In this document: piece by piece, positions 17,297 to 24,957 of the stretch
Layout: every line of letters starts with the position of its first letter
Numbering within the stretch: position 1 is the stretch's first letter
Origin: Tannockella kyphosi
GTDB taxonomy: Bacteria > Bacillota_I > Bacilli_A > Erysipelotrichales > Coprobacillaceae
Assembly (NCBI RefSeq): GCF_021054785.1
Contig: NZ_CP088239.1
Span: 1,170,001 to 1,202,000 of the forward strand
Length of the DNA stretch: 32,000 bases
Reading direction: 5' to 3'
Notes under the pieces: model-generated
Database searches by the model: none
Told to the model about the DNA's origin: nothing
The model's input: the letters and a program-made list of their open reading frames with translations, nothing else
Made by a program: the position numbers and the translations under genes

Positions 17297-18376
17297 TCAT
17301 TCCTCCCTAATAAAAGCATTCCTTATTTTTTCTTCTACCTTTAATGCTTGTAAATATCGTTCTTGATGTTTTTCAATTGCTTCTTGCGTGCAACATTTAC
17401 GAAGACTTGCTTCAAATCTTTGTTGTAAGGATACCCTTAATGTTCCTTGTACTAATTTATCTGCATAATACAAAATCATTGCCTCATCTAATAATGCATC
17501 ACCTTTGATATCATGATGAAGTTGGATAATAGACCCTAATTGAATATATCCTAAATGATATAATTGTTCCTTTGCTAGTAATGGATGATCTTTGCCATGA
17601 TGACGCATCATATCATGTAACAAAGCACTAGTTAGAAGCAATTCTTTATCCAATGAACATTGATCTTTTAATAATTCATATAATTCAAGGCAAACACGTT
17701 GTACCTCATAGCTATGTTCTATGACTACTTGTGGTGTTTTACATTGAAAGAATATTTGTTCTATTTCTTGATGACTAGGGATTGAATCCCTTTTTTTATT
17801 TATTGCAACAAAGTTCCACTTCTTTTCCTCTATTTCCACTACACTAAGAGTTCCATAATCAACACGTGGCATTCCATCTTTACAAGGATCTAAATTTTCT
17901 AATTTATGTACTAACGCTCGTATTAATCCATCATGAATAACAAGCACTAAGTCACTAGATTTATTTAAAAGTAAGAACTGTATTGTTTTGATAAGGCGGT
18001 TTACACCATCTTCTAATGTCTCCCCATTACTAGGGACTATCGACCAATCTTTTCCTCTTTGTTGATAAAGAGTTGGATATAGTTCTTGAATTTGTTGGAA
18101 TGTCTTTCCTTCAAAATCTCCCATATCTAATTCTTGCAAAGAAACAATTGGTTGATATTTTTGTTGAACAGAAACCATTTCTAAAGCACTTTGATAACTC
18201 CTTGCTAGATTACTACAATAAATAGTGTCGATGTTTGAAAAACAATCTTTCCATACTCTTACTTGTTCTTTCCCTTCTTTTGATAAAAACAAGTCTGTTT
18301 GACTACCTATACAGATTTTCTTTCCCTCTTTAAATAGTGGTTTTCCATGACGAATTAAATAAACATATCTTTTCAT
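17297..18376 (-). CDS. Fusion protein: histidine-phosphatase (PGM/CobC-like) N-domain + HD-domain phosphohydrolase C-domain
   Basis: N-domain: YLIRHGKP (RHG motif), SNLARSYQSA, VIHDGLIRAL. C-domain: ALLHDMMRHHGKDH...QLHHD...YYADKL, the HD metal-binding pattern resembling YqeK-type HD hydrolases. Confidence 0.7.
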   Translation of the reverse strand: MKRYVYLIRHGKPLFKEGKKICIGSQTDLFLSKEGKEQVRVWKDCFSNIDTIYCSNLARSYQSALEMVSVQQKYQPIVSLQELDMGDFEGKTFQQIQELYPTLYQQRGKDWSIVPSNGETLEDGVNRLIKTIQFLLLNKSSDLVLVIHDGLIRALVHKLENLDPCKDGMPRVDYGTLSVVEIEEKKWNFVAINKKRDSIPSHQEIEQIFFQCKTPQVVIEHSYEVQRVCLELYELLKDQCSLDKELLLTSALLHDMMRHHGKDHPLLAKEQLYHLGYIQLGSIIQLHHDIKGDALLDEAMILYYADKLVQGTLRVSLQQRFEASLRKCCTQEAIEKHQERYLQALKVEEKIRNAFIREE

Positions 18377-18389
18377 TTTTCATCCCTCA

Positions 18390-19232
18390 CTACTGCTTTA
18401 TAATAATTGCAGTTCCATGCAAATCACAAAGTTCTACTAATACCAATGATCCATATTCTTTTTCATAATCCTCAACTGCTTTTTTAACTCCTTGAAATCT
18501 TTGATTCCCATAATCATGTAATAAAATAATAGCTCCTTTATTCATTCTTTTAATAAACCACTTTAATCCTTCATAAGTAGGTGTATAAAGATCTACATCA
18601 ATACTAACTAAAGCAAAGGTTTCTTCTATCCCGATTGTTGTATCTGGAAAATAACCTTCTTTTATAATTACCTGACTAGGATTCGATAATTTTTCTAAAA
18701 CCATTTGAATACTAGTATTTTGAAATTCTTCTTTATATGCTTTTGATAATCCTGTTTCATTTTCCATTTGAATATCTCGTTCATCAAAACCATTAAATGT
18801 ATCAAATAAATATAATTTTCTTCTAGGAAAAACTGCATTTAATACTTTAGAGAATTCTCCTTGAAAAACTCCTAATTCCGCTACTGCTCCTTCGATATCT
18901 TTTAATCTATCTTTTAATTTGATAGTAAAAGCACTACGAATATCAATTGCTTCTATTAATTTGGTTATTTCAATAATTTCTTTATTATAACCATTATGAT
19001 GTAATTGTTTGATTATTTCAGTTTGACGTTCTATTCCTGTAACAGCCACTAAAATAACATCAATAGGCAATAATAATGCTTCTTCCATTGTATAAAGAGG
19101 AATATTTTTAATCATTGTTTGTTCTTTCTTTGCATTATCACCAAAACCTATTAAATGATAATGTTTTTGATTGATGAGAGGTAATACTGCTTGACCCATC
19201 TGTCCTGCTCCAAAAATTAATAAATTTTTCAT
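18390..19232 (-). CDS. TylF/MycF-family class I SAM-dependent O-methyltransferase with an N-terminal Rossmann-like extension
   Basis: ELGVFQGEFS...LYLFDTFNGF...SIDVDLYTPTYEGL...ILLHDY matches the macrocin-O-methyltransferase family pattern. The N-terminus is LLIFGAGQMGQAV. The ATG at 19232 follows AGGGGGA and the upstream TAA. Confidence 0.65.
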   Translation of the reverse strand: MKNLLIFGAGQMGQAVLPLINQKHYHLIGFGDNAKKEQTMIKNIPLYTMEEALLLPIDVILVAVTGIERQTEIIKQLHHNGYNKEIIEITKLIEAIDIRSAFTIKLKDRLKDIEGAVAELGVFQGEFSKVLNAVFPRRKLYLFDTFNGFDERDIQMENETGLSKAYKEEFQNTSIQMVLEKLSNPSQVIIKEGYFPDTTIGIEETFALVSIDVDLYTPTYEGLKWFIKRMNKGAIILLHDYGNQRFQGVKKAVEDYEKEYGSLVLVELCDLHGTAIIIKQ

Positions 19233-19233
19233 T

Positions 19234-20160
19234 TTATTCCCCCTTACCAAAATGCTTTGTGAATGATTGTTCACTAAAAGCAGTAACTTCTTCTATATAC
19301 ATTTCATATTTATTTAATAATTCTTTTCCTTCTTTAGTAAGACTACTTGTACCTCCATATTCTCCTCCTTGCCTTCTTTCCAACAAAGAAAAACCAAAAG
19401 CCTGTTCCATTTCTTTAATCATTATCCAAGCTTTACTATAAGAAATACCAATTTTATCACATGCATCTTTTACTGTTCCTGTATATTCAATAGCTTGTAA
19501 TAAAACAGTAGAGGTTTTATCTAATATCTTTTTTTCTCTAATAATAGAAATATCAATAATTGGTCTTAATAACTGTTCACTATGCATTTTTACTAAACGT
19601 TCATAATCACCCATCGTATCAGCATCTCTTAAAACACCTTCATCATCTACTTGTAAAATATCAATTTTAGGACAACATTCATAAATCATTGCTTTTAAAC
19701 CATCATTTCTTTTACAAGCGATTATTTTTGGTAATATTTTATTAGAAAATAGGATTGGATGACCATCTTCATTATCACAAACAGGTTTAATAAAATCGAC
19801 ATTCGTTTGCATCAATCTACGTACTGTACCTACCGTAAACAAAGGAACATCTACTGGTGTAAAGAAAACTCGATCACATTTATCTAATAGAAATGAAAAT
19901 CCCATTTTTGCTGAATCAGACATTTGTGTTGTTTCATAGGAATCATTACGAATATAAATAACACCTTGTTTTGCAATATGTTTTTCTAATTCTGCTGCCC
20001 GATATCCTGTTACTACCACAATTGGTGATACTCCCGCTTGTTGAAAGTTTGCAATAATTCTTTTTACAATCGTAATAGAACCCATTTTCATCATTGGTTT
20101 AAATTCACCCATTCTACTAGACATCCCAGCTGCTACAATCACAGCTCCTGTTCTTTGCAT
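19234..20160 (-). CDS. Fusion: MocA/MobA-like molybdenum cofactor nucleotidyl(cytidylyl)transferase + ModE-N-type winged-helix DNA-binding domain
   Basis: The N-terminus AVIVAAGMSSRMGEFKPMMKMG is the MobA-like NTP-transferase P-loop. C-terminal residues about 200-290 read GTVKDACDKIGISYSKAWIMIKEMEQAFGFSLLERRQGGEYGGTSSLTKEGKELL. These align with E. coli ModE ISQGAKDAGISYKSAWDAINEMNQ...VERATGGKGGGGAVLT. No Mop/TOBE domain is present. Confidence 0.8.
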   Translation of the reverse strand: MQRTGAVIVAAGMSSRMGEFKPMMKMGSITIVKRIIANFQQAGVSPIVVVTGYRAAELEKHIAKQGVIYIRNDSYETTQMSDSAKMGFSFLLDKCDRVFFTPVDVPLFTVGTVRRLMQTNVDFIKPVCDNEDGHPILFSNKILPKIIACKRNDGLKAMIYECCPKIDILQVDDEGVLRDADTMGDYERLVKMHSEQLLRPIIDISIIREKKILDKTSTVLLQAIEYTGTVKDACDKIGISYSKAWIMIKEMEQAFGFSLLERRQGGEYGGTSSLTKEGKELLNKYEMYIEEVTAFSEQSFTKHFGKGE

Positions 20161-20184
20161 TTAGACCCCTCCTAATCTTTTTTT

Positions 20185-20208
20185 CGAATTATATTTTTTT
20201 ACAATTCG
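20185..20208. promoter_or_regulatory. 9-N6-9 inverted repeat, candidate operator for the ModE-type domain
   Basis: CGAATTATA-tttttt-TACAATTCG, with half-sites identical at 8 of 9 positions. It occupies the spacer and -10 of the operon promoter. Confidence 0.4.
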
Positions 20209-20216
20209 CTTATCAA
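20188..20216 (-). promoter_or_regulatory. Sigma-A promoter of the Moco maturation / molybdate uptake operon
   Basis: On the minus strand: TTGATA (20216-20211), 17 nt of spacer, TATAAT (20193-20188), about 28 nt upstream of the ATG at 20160, which has an AGGAGGGG RBS. Confidence 0.6.
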
Positions 20217-20219
20217 AGC

Positions 20220-20251
20220 ATAGCATCATAATATTTCTATTATGATGCTAT
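20220..20251 (-). terminator. Hairpin downstream of hydroxylase module 1 (terminator or processing site)
   Basis: 13-bp perfect inverted repeat atagcatcataat / attatgatgctat with a 6-nt loop. Only a short U-tract follows on the minus strand. Confidence 0.45.
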
Positions 20252-20264
20252 TATTTTTTATTCT

Positions 20265-22616
20265 TTAGATAAGTGTTTCCACAAAATCTCTTACCATTGT
20301 ACGTAAGGATTCTACTTTATAACCATTATCTCTCATTACCATGACATTTTCCACTGCCACTTCACTAGCTTTTAACGCTAATTCTTTGCTTGGAACTTGT
20401 CCTTTTAATACTTCTTCTACTGCACTTGCACGGAATGGAACTGGTGCAACTCCACCAAATACCAAACGAATATCTTCAATAGTTCCATCTACAACTTTAA
20501 TATCACTAGCAACTGCTACTAATGCAAAGTCAATTGCTTTACGTAAACGGAATTTAGCATAATCACTCTTCCATCCATCTCTTGAAGGAATATGAATTGC
20601 TTTTACTAATTCTCCTCTTTCAAGTTTATATTCTGGACGTAATTTATCGCTAAAGAATTCTACTCCAGATAATGTACGTACTGTTGTTTCTACAGTTACA
20701 TCTAAAGCTAATAACATATTGGCCATATCAGAAGCGTTCGAAGAATAACATCCACAGTTCATACAACGGCTTGCTTCTACTGCTGCTTCCATTTCTGTTA
20801 ATGAACTAGAATCTTCTACATCTAAACAACGTTTTTCTACTGGTGTATCCACTAATTGAGATGCTTTTACTAATTTTACTCCTTCAGGATCAAATGTTAA
20901 GAAAGCTTCTTTTTCAATTTCTAAAACCATTGGCATACCCATGTATTTTGTCATATTTCTAGCTGCATTTCCTCCAGCACGAACTGCTTGAATAGCTAAA
21001 GAAGGTCCTGTTGCAACATCACCACCAGCATAAACACCAGCATGACGTGTATCATTATGTTCTCCAACTTCAATTAATCCTCTTACTGATTGAATTTCAT
21101 CTTTAAAATGATCTCCTAAGAAATCCAAATCAACTCTTTGACCTGTTGCTAGGATAATACTTGGTGTTTCAATAAATGAAACATCTGCTTCATCATATAC
21201 AGGACTAAAACGTCCTTTTTCATCAAATACATGAAGACATTTTTTAGTTTCTAATCCTAATACTTTATCACCTTCATAACGAACTTTGTTTAATCCAAGT
21301 CCATTTAAGATAATAACACCTTCTTCTAATGCACGATCTACTTCTTCTTTTGATGCTGGCATTTGTTCTCTTTGTTCTAGACAAACTAAAGTAACTTTCT
21401 TAGCTCCCAAACGTTTTGCTGTTAATGCTACGTCCATCGCAACATTCCCACCACCACATACTAATACTTCTTCGTCAATTTTACTTGTCATCCATTGTTT
21501 TACTTCAACTAAGAAATTTAAACCAAATTGAGTTAAATTTTCACCATCAATTCCTAAAATAGGTTGTTTCCATGCTCCTGTATCGATGAACACTGTATCA
21601 AAAGTTTCTTCTACTTCTTCAAAAGAAATATCTTCTCCTACTGTTGTATTAAATTTAAATACAACTCCCATACCTTCAATAGCACTATTATATTCACGCA
21701 TTAATGCTTTTGGTAAACGATATTCTGGTATACCGTACATTAATACCCCACCAGCTTCTGGCATTTTTTCAAAAATTGTTACTGCATGTCCCATTTTTCT
21801 TAAATAGAATGCGGCTGCTAATCCTGCTGGACCACTACCTACAATCCCAACTGATTTTCCTGATTCACTACTTGGTGCAGGGAAATAAGTTGATTTATTT
21901 TTCAAGATATAATCACCTAATGTACGTTCAACTGCATGAATATTAACAGAATCACCATGGTTACTTTGATTACATTTTGTTTGACAAGTATGAGGACAAA
22001 CTCTACTTGTTAACATTGGCATTGGGTTTGCACGTAATATTATTTTGGCAGCTCCATCCCAATCACCTTGTCTAATTTTTTCCATATATCCAGAGATATC
22101 AGTTCCAGCTGGACATTCATTACTACATTTTGTACGAGCTGTTTTCATACCTCCAAAAATACTATGATAACGATTATCTCCTAATACTGCATAGCATAAA
22201 TCCCCATCTTTACGTGCACAATCAAGGCGGCCACCTTGGTTATGCGGATAACGATAATACCAACAACGTACATCTTGGCAAATATTACCACCAATAGTCG
22301 CTGCATTACGGATAATAGGTGTTGCAACGCTGTTAGCAGCTTTGCGTAAACCTGTTGGAACAGATTCATCATCAGATATTTCTGACAATGTATTCATTGC
22401 ACCTAGTACGATAGAACCATCTTCATTAACTGTAGTTTCTTTAGCACCTATTGTTTTAAGATCAACTACAACATCAGGAGTTTTTTCTAATATGGCTGAT
22501 TTCATCAAGCCAACAAGATCCGTACCTCCAGCAATGGAAGTCCCACTTTTTGACACTTTGATAAGTTCTGAGGCTTCTTCAAATGTCTTTGCTTCTTTAT
22601 GTTCAAACTTTCTCAT
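20265..22616 (-). CDS. Module 1 flavoprotein: CoxM/XdhB-type FAD-binding subunit with an inserted four-Cys loop and GltD-like NAD(P)H:FAD/Fe-S oxidoreductase module
   Basis: N-terminal part: FAD_binding_5-like (SIAGGTDL, ATIGGN). Central part: GltD-like CSNECPAGTDI...NPMPMLTSRVCPHTCQTKC, GIVGSGPAGLAAAFYL, VCGGGNVAMDVA, YAGGDV. C-terminal part: ASDMANMLLALD plus a CO_deh_flav_C-like tail (VFGGVAPVPFRA). Confidence 0.85.
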   Translation of the reverse strand: MRKFEHKEAKTFEEASELIKVSKSGTSIAGGTDLVGLMKSAILEKTPDVVVDLKTIGAKETTVNEDGSIVLGAMNTLSEISDDESVPTGLRKAANSVATPIIRNAATIGGNICQDVRCWYYRYPHNQGGRLDCARKDGDLCYAVLGDNRYHSIFGGMKTARTKCSNECPAGTDISGYMEKIRQGDWDGAAKIILRANPMPMLTSRVCPHTCQTKCNQSNHGDSVNIHAVERTLGDYILKNKSTYFPAPSSESGKSVGIVGSGPAGLAAAFYLRKMGHAVTIFEKMPEAGGVLMYGIPEYRLPKALMREYNSAIEGMGVVFKFNTTVGEDISFEEVEETFDTVFIDTGAWKQPILGIDGENLTQFGLNFLVEVKQWMTSKIDEEVLVCGGGNVAMDVALTAKRLGAKKVTLVCLEQREQMPASKEEVDRALEEGVIILNGLGLNKVRYEGDKVLGLETKKCLHVFDEKGRFSPVYDEADVSFIETPSIILATGQRVDLDFLGDHFKDEIQSVRGLIEVGEHNDTRHAGVYAGGDVATGPSLAIQAVRAGGNAARNMTKYMGMPMVLEIEKEAFLTFDPEGVKLVKASQLVDTPVEKRCLDVEDSSSLTEMEAAVEASRCMNCGCYSSNASDMANMLLALDVTVETTVRTLSGVEFFSDKLRPEYKLERGELVKAIHIPSRDGWKSDYAKFRLRKAIDFALVAVASDIKVVDGTIEDIRLVFGGVAPVPFRASAVEEVLKGQVPSKELALKASEVAVENVMVMRDNGYKVESLRTMVRDFVETLI

Positions 22617-22632
22617 ATAAGACTCCTTCTCT

Positions 22633-24954
22633 CTAGATTTTTCCTAATGCTTTTAAAATAACTTGAGGTGTTGCTGGATACTCACGCACTTTTACACCGA
22701 TAGCGTTTGATATCGCCATTAGTACAGCTCCTGGAGCTGCTGCTCCTGTGATTTCTCCTACACCTAATGCTTTAATTGGACTAACATTGAATTGTGATTC
22801 TAACATTGTTTCAGGTCCAAACTCTGGGAATTGATTAAATGGTCTCATTTTATAATCAATTGTATTCGCAGTAAGAACTCTTCCTGTATAAGGATCTAAT
22901 ACATGCCCTTCAAATAAAGCAGTATCTAATCCTGCTGAACCAATACCACCTTGGTATTGTAATTTTAATTGTACTGGGTCAATAACTTGTCCAACATCTG
23001 ATCCACCACCACATTTAGTAACTTCTACATATCCTGTATCTAAATCTACTTCTACTTCTACAAAGTTAATAAAGAAGTTTGGTGTAGTGAAGTCTTCACG
23101 ATATTCACCAAATCCAGTAATAGTAGAGAATACATCTGGTAATGCAGCAATAATAGGGATTGGATCCATTTTTTCACCTTTAATCGTGATGAAACCATCT
23201 CTAAATTGTAATGCTTGAGGTGGTACTTGGTTGTGGAATATCTTTTCACTTGCATTTATTAAGATGTTATTGTAACAATCTTTTGCAGCATTCCATATTG
23301 CAGATTCTGTACATTTTGTACCTCTGGCACCTTCTAATCCGAAGTCACCTGGTGTCGTCATTGTATCTGCTGGTGTTACAGTTACTTTATCAAAACTTGA
23401 ATAAAGTGCTTCAGCTGCAACTTTTGCCATCGCATTTCTTTGACCTTGACCAAATTCAGAAGCTCCATTATGAACAAAGATATAACCTAATTGGTCAATA
23501 CGTACATAAGCAGTTGAGTTATCTTCACCAGCATCGGCATTAAGATGTAATGAAGTACCTACACCTGTTACTTTGTTTCCTTCTACTTTTGTTGGTTTTA
23601 ACCAACCTTTCCATAAATCATCCCATCCAAATTCATCCGCAATTTTACGAATTGCAGGTGGATAATTTACTTCACGACAAATATAATCATGTCCATCTCT
23701 CCAAGTATATAAATCTCCTGGAGTTACAACATTTTTCATAAATCCTTCAATTGGATCCATATCAATAGCCATCATTGCATCTTGGAATAAAGGCATGATT
23801 GCACATTTCATTTCTTGCCCACCAAATCCACGTACAGCACTTGAATAAGTTCTGTTTGTAGCAATAATGTGAGAATGAACATTCCAGTTTTTACATTTAT
23901 TCATAACTAATTGAACTTCACCTAACCCTACTGAACCAATACCTTGAGTAAGGTCACTATGGAAACCAGTATCAATAACGATATCTGCATCTACTAAATT
24001 AATAATACCTTCTTTTGTAATACCAACACGTCCTTTTACAATAGTACCAAGTCTTTGGTCATAATTGATTAAATGGTCTTGTTTAGTAAGTTCCCATTTT
24101 ATTGGGGCATTGTTACATGCACGAGAACATGCAGCAGTAAAGAAAATTTGTTCTACTAATGTTACTTTATGACCAAAACTTCCACCTACATTAAATGCTT
24201 TGGCATTAATTAAGATTCCGTTCATGTTCATAGAAGCACATGTTCTAAGTAAATGAGGCGATTGGCTTGTTGCCCAAACAGATAAGGAACCATCATCTTC
24301 CCAACGAGAAGTCATGGAAGGATTTTCAATTGGTAATGGTGTTGGGAACTTATCATATTTTACTTCTCCCTCTACAATTACTTCACTACTTTCTTCTCCT
24401 TCTTTTACATCTCCACGAACTATTTTATAAAATGGATCTCCCCCATGGTCGAAAATAAAGCATCCTGGTGGGAACTTATTACCTGGGAATGTGAAATCAT
24501 CATCCTCATCATATAATTGTACTGCATCTGGTTTCATCGCTTCTAAAGGATCAAAAACAGCTGGTAATACATCATATTCTACTTTAATTAATTCTAATGC
24601 TTCTTCAGCAATTTCTACTGTTTCTGCTGCACATAATGCAACAGCATCACCGACATAACGAAGATGCTTATCAAGGACATATTTTTGGTGTGGTAATCCA
24701 GTACACCATGATTTATCAATATCTTTGTATGTCAATACACAACGTACCCCAGGGTATGCTCTAGCAGCTTCTACATCAATGCTTTTAATACGAGCATGAG
24801 GATGTGGTGATTTTAAAGCACGAAGATATAATAAGCCAGGTAATGTTTCATTGTAATCATCTACATAAATTGTACTACCAGTTACGATCCCTTTACCATC
24901 TTTACGATATGTTGGTTTACCGAGATATCTGTATTCTTCTTTTACTTCTTCCAT
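22633..24954 (-). CDS. Module 1 molybdopterin-binding large subunit (xanthine dehydrogenase/aldehyde oxidase/CoxL family)
   Basis: a/b-hammerhead N-terminus (GKPTYRKDGKGIVTGSTIYVDD, LKSPHPHARI). Motifs GGSFGHK, VRGFGGQE and C-terminal GVGEITGAAAP. The ATG at 24954 lies 8 nt after GGAGG. The ORF-track start at 24957 is a GTG. Confidence 0.9.
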   Translation of the reverse strand: MEEVKEEYRYLGKPTYRKDGKGIVTGSTIYVDDYNETLPGLLYLRALKSPHPHARIKSIDVEAARAYPGVRCVLTYKDIDKSWCTGLPHQKYVLDKHLRYVGDAVALCAAETVEIAEEALELIKVEYDVLPAVFDPLEAMKPDAVQLYDEDDDFTFPGNKFPPGCFIFDHGGDPFYKIVRGDVKEGEESSEVIVEGEVKYDKFPTPLPIENPSMTSRWEDDGSLSVWATSQSPHLLRTCASMNMNGILINAKAFNVGGSFGHKVTLVEQIFFTAACSRACNNAPIKWELTKQDHLINYDQRLGTIVKGRVGITKEGIINLVDADIVIDTGFHSDLTQGIGSVGLGEVQLVMNKCKNWNVHSHIIATNRTYSSAVRGFGGQEMKCAIMPLFQDAMMAIDMDPIEGFMKNVVTPGDLYTWRDGHDYICREVNYPPAIRKIADEFGWDDLWKGWLKPTKVEGNKVTGVGTSLHLNADAGEDNSTAYVRIDQLGYIFVHNGASEFGQGQRNAMAKVAAEALYSSFDKVTVTPADTMTTPGDFGLEGARGTKCTESAIWNAAKDCYNNILINASEKIFHNQVPPQALQFRDGFITIKGEKMDPIPIIAALPDVFSTITGFGEYREDFTTPNFFINFVEVEVDLDTGYVEVTKCGGGSDVGQVIDPVQLKLQYQGGIGSAGLDTALFEGHVLDPYTGRVLTANTIDYKMRPFNQFPEFGPETMLESQFNVSPIKALGVGEITGAAAPGAVLMAISNAIGVKVREYPATPQVILKALGKI

Positions 24955-24957
24955 CAC

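Noticed and set aside
17125-17319. Minus-strand ORF 17125-17319
   Set aside because: It is out of frame and overlaps the junction of two well-supported genes. The peptide is basic and low-complexity.
20161-20264. Moco (moaA-motif) riboswitch upstream of the cofactor operon
   Set aside because: Only about 28 nt separate the predicted -10 from the start codon, and the whole intergenic region is 104 nt. This is too short for the roughly 130-150 nt Moco RNA motif, and I saw none of its conserved features. Regulation appears to be protein-based.
19259-24458. Short ORFs inside the MocA fusion, flavoprotein 1 and large subunit 1, and likewise 27796-28050 and 28952-29173 in module 2. The first group is 19259-19441, 20341-20562, 21286-21531, 21586-21807, 21704-21946, 22181-22372, 22342-22620, 23058-23255, 23211-23543, 23550-23741 and 24267-24458.
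   Set aside because: All are nested in, or antisense to, long CDSs with clear family motifs. Their Leu-, Ser- and His-rich composition is that of shadow frames.
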